Of a stretch of 19,938 nt of DNA, positions 1 to 7,500 are shown in pieces (position 1 is the first letter of the stretch; each line of letters opens with the position of its first letter). The stretch covers positions 18,893 to 38,830 of the forward strand of contig JAVZCV010000007.1 in NCBI GenBank assembly GCA_038874215.1, given 5' to 3'. The translations under genes and the position numbers were made by a program. The notes beneath the pieces were generated by a model. That model did no database searches. It was given only the letters and a program-made list of their open reading frames with translations, and had not been told where the DNA came from. This DNA comes from Candidatus Micrarchaeia archaeon (GTDB lineage: Archaea; Micrarchaeota; Micrarchaeia; Burarchaeales; JAVZCV01).

Positions 1-158
1 GCATCATAAACAGGGAGATTAGCGATAAACCACTGCGCGTAAAGTACTCTTTAACTGATGCGGGGAAAGCCTTGAAGCCTATCGCAGAAGCGATGAAGGC
101 TTGGTGCGAAGAGTGGCTTACAATATCTGAACCAACTCAGGAAAGCCCACAGCAATGA
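1..158 (+). CDS. HxlR-family winged helix-turn-helix regulator, 5'-truncated by the window edge
   Basis: Not in the ORF track. Reading from position 3 gives IINREISDKPLRVKYSLTDAGKALKPIAEAMKAWCEEWL...QQ* (TGA 156-158). This is the HxlR C-terminal pattern (P.rV.YsLT..G..L......W) and is paralogous to 174..500. Confidence 0.85.
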   Translation, partial: IINREISDKPLRVKYSLTDAGKALKPIAEAMKAWCEEWLTISEPTQESPQQ

Positions 159-173
159 GATGGGGGTAGGAAT

Positions 174-500
174 ATGCTTACTGAAAAAGCGATATACGGA
201 ACTCTCTTGCTTGGGAATCGCTGGACTTTGAGGATTATATGCACGCTCCTATACGAGCAGGAGAAAGTAGGCTTCAACGAATTACAAAGAAAATTGAAGG
301 GAATAAGCCCAAAAACATTATCCACAAGATTGCAAGAGCTTGAAGAGGCTGGCATCATAAACAGGGAGATTAGCGATAAACCGCTCTGTGTGAGGTATTC
401 CCTTACAGAGGCTGGGAAAGAGCTAAAAGAAGTCGCGGAAGTAATGGAAAGATGGTGCGAAAAATGGATACACCTCGAGGAAGCCCAATCAAGTAGTTAA
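174..500 (+). CDS. HxlR-family winged helix-turn-helix transcriptional regulator
   Basis: LGNRWTLRII...FNELQRKLKGISPKTLSTRLQELEEAGII.R......VRYSLTEAGKEL matches the HxlR/DUF24 pattern; 108 aa. Confidence 0.92.
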   Translation: MLTEKAIYGTLLLGNRWTLRIICTLLYEQEKVGFNELQRKLKGISPKTLSTRLQELEEAGIINREISDKPLCVRYSLTEAGKELKEVAEVMERWCEKWIHLEEAQSSS

Positions 501-502
501 CT

Positions 503-531
503 TTTTAAATATCGGTGGAGAAATTATAAAA
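503..531 (+). promoter_or_regulatory. Candidate archaeal TATA boxes for the ilv leader/operon (TTTTAAATA 503-511; TTATAAAA 524-531)
   Basis: Two TATA-like AT-rich motifs lie between the HxlR stop and the leader ORF. The T-run could also act as the HxlR terminator. Confidence 0.4.
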
Positions 532-545
532 GTGGTTGGATGTAC

Positions 546-594
546 GCATACGCTTTTGCATGGGACAGCATGCCCATTTGGGGCGAGCGTATGC
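546..594 (+). promoter_or_regulatory. Leader stem-loop 1 (GCATACGCT 546-554 / AGCGTATGC 586-594; inner ATGGG 560-564 / CCCAT 573-577)
   Basis: Perfect 9-bp inverted repeat whose 3' arm contains the ATG at 591. Confidence 0.55.
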
Positions 595-656
595 AAGAAT
601 CACTAATTTTATTAACTTCACTTTTGCTAATCTCGCTTATTCTCGTAGTATTGTGA
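591..656 (+). CDS. Putative ilv leader peptide MQESLILLTSLLLISLILVVL (in-frame alternative ATGs at 540 and 570)
   Basis: Hand-translated short ORF with 9 Leu, 3 Ile and 2 Val in 21 codons. It ends TGA TAA, 42 nt before the ilvB ATG, and is flanked by hairpins. Confidence 0.6.
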   Translation: MQESLILLTSLLLISLILVVL

Positions 657-659
657 TAA

Positions 660-687
660 GACCCTCCAATTTTGAAGAGGGAGGGTC
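660..687 (+). promoter_or_regulatory. Leader stem-loop 2 (GACCCTCC 660-667 / GGAGGGTC 680-687), next to the ilvB RBS GGTGAT (690-695)
   Basis: Perfect 8-bp GC-rich inverted repeat with a 12-nt loop, between the leader ORF stop and the ilvB RBS. No U-tract follows it. Confidence 0.55.
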
Positions 688-698
688 TGGGTGATGAT

Positions 699-2396
699 AT
701 GAAGATGAGTGGGGCAAAGGCACTGGTTGAATGCCTGAAAAAGGAGAAAGTAAAGCATATATTCGGCTACCCTGGCGGGGCGATAATGCCAGTTTATGAC
801 GAGCTTTACAAAGACAAAAGCATAACCCATATACTAACGAGGCATGAGCAGGGAGCTGCGCATGCAGCAGAAGGATATGCGAAGGCAAGCGGTGAAGTTG
901 GCGTTGCAATGTCAACGAGCGGGCCAGGCGGGACTAACCTAATCACGGGAATCGCAGATGCATACATGGATTCAGTGCCCATAGTTGCATTCTCTGGGCA
1001 GGTTGTAACGCCCCAGATAGGAAATGATGCTTTTCAAGAGGCAGACATGTTTGGACTAACCATGCCTATGACAAAACACAACTTCAAGGTTACGGACCCA
1101 AAGGAGCTAGTGCATACTGTTCGCTCGGCATTTTACATAGCGAGAACGGGCAGGCCGGGTCCAGTGCATGTTGATTTACCAAAGGATATACAGACAGCGG
1201 AGATAGAATTTGACTACCCAAAAGAGATCAATCTTCGCGGCTATTCAATTAAGATAGAACCGCATCCCCTTCAGATAAGCCGTGCCGTTGATATGTTGCT
1301 CGCAGCCGAAAAACCTCTTCTGCTCGCAGGCGGAGGCACGATAATAGCGAATGCAAGCGATGAAGTGGTTGCGCTTGCCGAGATGCTCCTGATACCCGTG
1401 GTTACAACTACGATGGCGAAAGGGATAATACCAGAGACGCATCCGCTCTCACTTGGCGTTGGAGGAATGCACGGAAGAAAAATAAGCAACTATGCGCTCG
1501 TTAACTGCGACCTCCTGCTTGCGGTTGGAACAAGGTTCAGCGACAGGCTTACCTTTGATTTAAGATATTTCGCTCCTAATGCAAAAATCATACACATAGA
1601 CATAGACTCTGCGGAGATAGGAAAAAATGTGAACGTTGACCTTCCGATAGTGGGCGATGCAAAGAAAGCGCTATCTGCGATAATAAGAGAAGTTAAGAAA
1701 AGAAAGGCGAAGATATGCGAGAACGAGTGGAGGCAGACTGTGGCTAAACTGAAAGAAATGTGCGAGTGTTCTATTGCGTATGACGAAGTGCCCATAAAAC
1801 CACAGAGGGTCATATACGAACTCAACAAAAACATGCCAGAAAACACGATATTCGTAACGGAGGTGGGGCAAAACCAGATGTGGGCTTCCCACTTCCTTAA
1901 AGTGAAAAAGCCACGCCACTATATAACGAGCGGGGGTCTTGGGACCATGGGCTTCGGGCTTCCCGCCTCAATAGGCGCAAAGGCAGCCCGCCCAGACCAG
2001 CCCGTGCTTGACATAGGTGGTGATGGAAGCGTGTTGATGGTCATACAGGAACTAGCTACATCGGTGGAAGAAAACCTGCCAATTATAGTTTGCATACTCA
2101 ACAACAACTGGCTTGGAATGGTGAAGCAGTGGCAGAAGCTATTCATGGAAAAGCGATACTCTGAAACCCACCTTGGCAAGATGCCAGACTTCGTGAAGCT
2201 TGCGCATGCATTCCACTGTGATGGGGAGAGGGTTTCCAGGCCTGGCGAACTTAAAGGCGCGCTTCAGCGGGCGCTTAAATCCGATGTAACATATATAATA
2301 GACGTAGCAATAGACCCTGAGGAGGATGTCCTGCCCATGGTACCGCCAGGGGGGAGAATTGACCAGATGATACCATCAAAGGTATGTAAATTCTAG
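699..2396 (+). CDS. ilvB: Acetolactate synthase (AHAS) large catalytic subunit, biosynthetic type
   Basis: IFGYPGGAIMPVYD, RHEQGAAHAAEGYA, TSGPGGTN, GRPGPVHVDLPKD and the ThDP motif GDGS...NNNWLGMVKQWQ. Start moved to ATG 699 (MKMSGAKALV) behind RBS GGTGAT. Confidence 0.97.
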   Translation: MKMSGAKALVECLKKEKVKHIFGYPGGAIMPVYDELYKDKSITHILTRHEQGAAHAAEGYAKASGEVGVAMSTSGPGGTNLITGIADAYMDSVPIVAFSGQVVTPQIGNDAFQEADMFGLTMPMTKHNFKVTDPKELVHTVRSAFYIARTGRPGPVHVDLPKDIQTAEIEFDYPKEINLRGYSIKIEPHPLQISRAVDMLLAAEKPLLLAGGGTIIANASDEVVALAEMLLIPVVTTTMAKGIIPETHPLSLGVGGMHGRKISNYALVNCDLLLAVGTRFSDRLTFDLRYFAPNAKIIHIDIDSAEIGKNVNVDLPIVGDAKKALSAIIREVKKRKAKICENEWRQTVAKLKEMCECSIAYDEVPIKPQRVIYELNKNMPENTIFVTEVGQNQMWASHFLKVKKPRHYITSGGLGTMGFGLPASIGAKAARPDQPVLDIGGDGSVLMVIQELATSVEENLPIIVCILNNNWLGMVKQWQKLFMEKRYSETHLGKMPDFVKLAHAFHCDGERVSRPGELKGALQRALKSDVTYIIDVAIDPEEDVLPMVPPGGRIDQMIPSKVCKF

Positions 2397-2405
2397 GTGG
2401 TTAAT

Positions 2406-2909
2406 ATGGCAAGGAATAAAGGTGGGAAAGAAGATGAGCACATAATTTCAATGCTTGTTGAGGATAGAATGGGCACGCTCCAGCGGATAGCGTGCGTTTT
2501 CTCAAAGCGAAACTTCAACATGGATACGATAACGGTTGGTAAAACTGAGATGCCAGGGCTTTCCAGAGTAACGATAACAACGCGTGGGGATGAGAAAACG
2601 GTTGAGCAGATAGTGAAGCAACTGAACAAACTCGTAGATGTTATAAAGGTTAGTGAAATGGATGAAAGCACAGCAGTCATCCGAGAAATAGCAATGGTTA
2701 AAGTGCATGTGAAGGACTTCGCAGCGAGAAGCGAGATAATGAACTACTCAAACATATTCAGGGGCAGGGTGGTGGATGTTAGCCCCAAGTCAATAACTAT
2801 AGAGGTTACGGGTACCCCAAGCAAGATTGAGGCATTCGTTGATTTGATAAAGCCCTTTGGGATAAAGGAATTCGTTAGGACGGGCGTCACTGCGCTTGCC
2901 CGAGATTGA
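2406..2909 (+). CDS. ilvN: Acetolactate synthase small regulatory subunit (ACT domain)
   Basis: LVEDRMGTLQRIACVFSKRNFNMDTITVG, EQIVKQLNKLVDVIKV, RE+A+VKV and GIKEFVRTGVTAL.R; directly follows ilvB. ATG 2406 lies behind AGGTGG. Confidence 0.95.
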   Translation: MARNKGGKEDEHIISMLVEDRMGTLQRIACVFSKRNFNMDTITVGKTEMPGLSRVTITTRGDEKTVEQIVKQLNKLVDVIKVSEMDESTAVIREIAMVKVHVKDFAARSEIMNYSNIFRGRVVDVSPKSITIEVTGTPSKIEAFVDLIKPFGIKEFVRTGVTALARD

Positions 2910-2918
2910 GGTAGGAAT

Positions 2919-3338
2919 ATGCGCATAAAAGAAACAAAAACTCTCCTCTTCATTAAAGTTGAGCAGGGTGAAGAGGTTATAGAAACCCTAACTCGTGCAT
3001 GCGCAGAAAGAAACATACACGGAGGAGTTATAACAGGGATAGGTGCTTTAAAAAGTGCTACACTAATAGCGGGCGGCAGCACTGAAAAACTCCAACCTGT
3101 GGAGAAAGACTTTTCAGGCCCAATAGAGATAGCGAGCGCTCTTGGAAACGTTTCCGAGAAAGATGGAAAAGCGTATATCCACCTGCACGCATGTCTTGGG
3201 CTCGGCGACCATACCGCAGTGGCGGGCCATCTCGTGCGCGGCGTAGTCTCGCTCGTGGGCGAGTTCGCAATATATAAGTCTGACAAGATTTCAAGAAGGT
3301 TTGATGAAAGAATAAGCATGTGGGTTTGGGACATCTGA
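2919..3338 (+). CDS. PPC/DUF296 domain protein (putative Zn-binding HxH...GH)
   Basis: GEEVIETL...ITGIGAL...EIASALGNV...YIHLHACLG...AGHL is the DUF296/AF0104-like pattern; starts 9 nt after the ilvN stop. Confidence 0.88.
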   Translation: MRIKETKTLLFIKVEQGEEVIETLTRACAERNIHGGVITGIGALKSATLIAGGSTEKLQPVEKDFSGPIEIASALGNVSEKDGKAYIHLHACLGLGDHTAVAGHLVRGVVSLVGEFAIYKSDKISRRFDERISMWVWDI

Positions 3339-3342
3339 TATT

Positions 3343-4320
3343 TTATGCAAAAACGAGCCTATACCTCCCTTCCGATACTTCTACTATTTTTGCAAGCTTT
3401 GGTAGATCTACTCCAAGTACTTTGAGGGCGTACTCATGAGCCCTAAAACCTGGCCATAGTACCTGCCACACGTGGGCATTACCTTCCAACCTGAATTTCC
3501 CAAGTTGCCTCAGTACAGAGAAAAAGAGCGCAGGGCCTATCATAACTCCTCTTAACCCGGCGTCACGCACATCTCCCGCCTTAAAACCAAGCCCTTTTGC
3601 TCTTCCAATCGTGGTCTGCCAGTATCCCATATAACTACCAGTAATGCATTTCGGTTTCCAATCGCTTTCCCATGCCGCAATGGCTACAAACATTCGCAAC
3701 AATAAATCCATAGCCTTTTCATCCAAAGATATCCCATAAACGCGCGCCATCTTGTTAATGGCTATCTCAAGATTATTGACAAAAGCGCGTGCAAATCTCT
3801 CGTCGCACTTTCTTCTGCCCATCGCACCAGAAGTCATCGCCCTTACAGCTATCTCCTTCGTTTCATCGCTCGCATGCACAAATCTCCTGGAAAGCGGCGA
3901 AAGTGCTGGCTGTTGCGGCATTCGTTCGTATCTCCTCGCTTCCCCATTCCACCTAACATCCAAGAGAGGCTGGCGCCCAACGCCCTTTAACCTGTCCTCA
4001 TGAGGTGAAACCTCATATACTTTCCCATCGGCACCTTTTATATAAAATCTTACAGTGCCATCAACAAGTATGCACTTGGCCCCCAGCCTACCAGCGCATT
4101 CCCCCTCTCTTATTCTAAATATATGGATCTCTAGTACCGGCTTTCCAGTATTATCAGTCATTTGCGCATTGGGCAGCTCAATCTTCCCGCCTTTTGACAA
4201 GACATCAAACGCAACATGCTGGAAGAAATAGTCAAATCTTCTTTTCTGTTGCTCGTTCAGTTTATCCCAAGGTTGCGGCAGAATTACCGCCTTCGGGCTT
4301 GGAGCTACCATCTGTGGCAT
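3343..4320 (-). CDS. Hypothetical protein with a lysozyme-like / lytic transglycosylase (SLT-like) motif
   Basis: 325-aa ORF, convergent with DUF296. AIAAWESDWKPKCITGSYMGYWQ resembles SLT motifs I (ES) and II (GxxQ). The gene call is more certain than the function. Confidence 0.6.
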   Translation of the reverse strand: MPQMVAPSPKAVILPQPWDKLNEQQKRRFDYFFQHVAFDVLSKGGKIELPNAQMTDNTGKPVLEIHIFRIREGECAGRLGAKCILVDGTVRFYIKGADGKVYEVSPHEDRLKGVGRQPLLDVRWNGEARRYERMPQQPALSPLSRRFVHASDETKEIAVRAMTSGAMGRRKCDERFARAFVNNLEIAINKMARVYGISLDEKAMDLLLRMFVAIAAWESDWKPKCITGSYMGYWQTTIGRAKGLGFKAGDVRDAGLRGVMIGPALFFSVLRQLGKFRLEGNAHVWQVLWPGFRAHEYALKVLGVDLPKLAKIVEVSEGRYRLVFA

Positions 4321-4537
4321 TTTCTCACATAAATAACACTCTTTTTTCCAATTTTAAATCTTTATTCGGCATTTGTCCACCGCCAATTATTACTCACTTG
4401 TGCGCATCCCTCCGGCTTTCTATAAACATGACAGGCCATCACATTAAGCAAAATCAGAAGTGTTGCCCCTGCTACCACAATCCCATCTCGACAATCGTCA
4501 AACAAAATCATAAATAATCAGGGTCCCCAATAATCAC

Positions 4538-7500
4538 ATGAGTTCTCAACATTGCCAACAAAAATCCAGAAATGAGCCAAACAAACGCACGCGACTATAC
4601 AGAATGATGCAAAATGTTAGCTCCACGCTTCGTTATTGGAGTCTGGGGAAGTCACAAAGGAAGAGAATTGAAAGCGTTCTTAAAGAATATGGGCTTGAGC
4701 CAAGCAGGGAGAACATCCAGGTACTTGCAGAGTTGGATAGGAGAGTCATTAATGAAAGGTTGTGCCACCAACTGTATCATGGCGATTGCGGAATTATGTC
4801 CAATCCCTGTAAGGACGTGCGCGATATAAATACATTGGTTGAAGTTGCAAGTGCGACATTTGAACTTGTGAGCTTAATTGAGAAGCATAGCTACACCATT
4901 GGCATTAATATTGACAATATATGTTCAACTGCATTGAAGATTGCGGCGGGCAGAAGTGCAGAGGAAAGAACAAGGATAAAAATTGCGCTTGAACGTTTTT
5001 TCAATGACGACAGCTGCGTACAAGCAAGCGTGCTTTTTGAAATCATGAGACCGGGAATAGGAAATGCACGCGAATTTGAAACTGCACTGGAATGTTGCGC
5101 AGAGAATGCAGGCAGAGCGCTTAAAAATGGAGGAAAACTCCCCCAGTGGATTGTGCCTGAAGCTTATCAAAACTTAGAACTTGGTGACTTTGCTGAGAGA
5201 CAGGAGTTTGTAAAAGTTTGCTGCGAAGCTGTGCGGTTTGCGCCATTCCAAGGACATGGGTTGTATAATTTCTTTTCCGCCGCTACGAGCATAGCACAAC
5301 TAAAGGGAGAAAGCATTGTTAATGCTGGGAACATGCTGCTTTCTCTGATGCGTTTGCATAATGACGATATTACTAGAGAAGGTATCGCTTACATGGCAGC
5401 CAATGCACCTTATCTTCTTGACAAAACCCCAGAAGCAGTGGGCGTTATTGCAGAATATATAGGGCAACGGATTTCTCATAAAAGCAGTATGTTGGGATCA
5501 AGCGTTTTGAGCGATGATGAATTTCGTAAGCTCAACAACATGGCTGAGAAATATGCTTCTGATCCCAACATGCTTAAAGCAAGCCTAATTCTGAGCCAGA
5601 GATTGAAAAAGTTTTACAGCGTCATGCCTTTAGATGCCGCTTCATACAACCTTGGCTTAGAACATCAACCTGTTACGTTCCAGCATATTGCACAAAGAGG
5701 AAACATCAGCCCCGCCCATCTTGCAGAAATGATTTGTAATGCAATTGAAAAAGTAGAAAGCAAAACGGATTACGTGAGTTATGGCATAGGACATTTTGAA
5801 TCTCTATTCACTGACGAGAAAACTACTGAGGAGTTACTTAGCCTCACGTGCTCTATATGCCAAAGGATGGGACAGCATGGGATTAATAGCATGAAGGATA
5901 TTCTTTCTGGCCCATCAGGAGAGATATTTTTTCCACCGAAAATAAACCTAAGGGCAAGTTGGCTTGAAAATTTTGCAGGTATTTCCTTAACTCCATCCGA
6001 AGTTTTGGGATATCTTAGGTGTGTTAAACATGCGCTTGATGCCGCCATAGACGCGCGCCCCCTTGTTAATTTGCTCTTCTCAACCCATTGGGGGTCTTAC
6101 TTACCTTACCGTGATGTAAATGGCCAAGTGCGTATTGCGCTGGACTCGTGTGCGCTGCCATTCGTTATGTCGCCTGAAGACTTGGACTGGGTGGTGCAAA
6201 CTGTTGAGCAAACCTCTCAACTTGTGTTACTCAATCCATTTGATTATTTTTTTGATAATGCAGCACCTCTCAGGGAAGTGCATCAGGAGCTTTCAAAAAT
6301 AACTTCCATGCTCTACACTTTTACGCATCTGCACGTTAAGGACGGGGAGGTAATAATAGCACGTGTGGCACCAACAAGCGAATATGTTAGGATAGGGGAG
6401 TGCGACCAAATTTCGCGCATTGCTGATGAAATAGGGAAACATAGGATGACTATCAGACAACGCGAGTGGTTTGAAAAGATGCGGAAAGATATAGATGAAC
6501 ACAGGAGACGTATTCTGGATATAGCAAGACATACTCTGGATAGTGAGGAGTGCAAGCAGGCAATATCTAATGAAATCGATGAGCTTTTAATCACAATGAA
6601 CGGGCTTTGCATTCTTGTAAAAGAGATTAGAGCACCTGCGCTAAAGGAGTCCTTCAAGAAGTATGCAGAGTTGTTAGGAAAATTGCAAAAAACAGCCATC
6701 GCTTGTGGCATTAGTGAAGATCACCTTAGGGCTGCGATGGCGGAAATCCGCTACAGTAACATATGGGGTGATGAAAGGGCAAACCTTGAATATCTGGTTG
6801 CTGCCACAAATTCTGTTATACACATGGCTAGTCATTTGCAGAAGCTAGGGGTAGAGCCAAAAGATGCGATAGGACTTAGCCTTAAATTTATAGAAGCGTC
6901 AATCCCCCAGGCATTATCTACTAATTCTGGATCTATTCACATGGTAGCCAAATTTGCCAGAATAACTGAAGATTTTGATGCCTTCTTTGGGATGTTATCA
7001 AGCCATGATTGGGTAAAGCAGTACTATCATACTAGGTATGACCTCATATTTGACCTAACACTGAAAGTATACAAAATTAACGGAAACCTGCTAGATTCTG
7101 GAAAGACGATTCTCTCTATAGGAGATTACCTTATTGGGCACGGAATAGGTATCTTCTATATTCACAGTATGGTTGATATATGCTTGGATAGAGGGTTAGG
7201 CGATGCTGCAGCTGTTATAGACTCATTAACAAGGGTTGAAAGGGTCGCAAGTGTAAAGGGCTTGGATGTACGTGCAACCTTGGAGTATACAATTTATTTT
7301 GCACATTGCATGAAAAGCTTCAGCGTTGGAGACATAGGAATGGCGATTGTTGATGCTATTGACATTTGCAAGCAGTATGGGCGCAACCCAGCCACTGTCA
7401 TGTCTGCCTGCAAACGTTTTGTTGAAGTAGCGAACGCAGGAAGGAGTATAACTGACCTCGCGGCAGACGTGTGCAGGGCGATGAGCTACGCTGAAAAACA

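Noticed and set aside
660-687. Hairpin as a classical intrinsic terminator
   Set aside because: No U-tract follows it; kept only as a regulatory stem.
672-698. TTG start for ilvB given by the ORF track
   Set aside because: It lies inside the hairpin loop; ATG 699 has a GGTGAT RBS and gives a typical AHAS N-terminus.
2454-2525. IlvN ACT-domain substitutions (VEDRMGTLQ versus E. coli LENESGALS) as a sign of valine insensitivity
   Set aside because: The key Gly and the downstream Asn are retained and such variation is common among homologues; no conclusion is possible from sequence.
2744-3334. 196-aa minus-strand ORF, and the other short antisense or alternative-frame ORFs within ilvB, the giant gene and the cas genes
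   Set aside because: They overlap confident genes and show no motifs or start signals.
4194-4517. 107-aa plus-strand ORF across the divergent intergenic region
   Set aside because: TTG start, overlaps the start of the 325-aa gene on the other strand and covers the likely promoter region.
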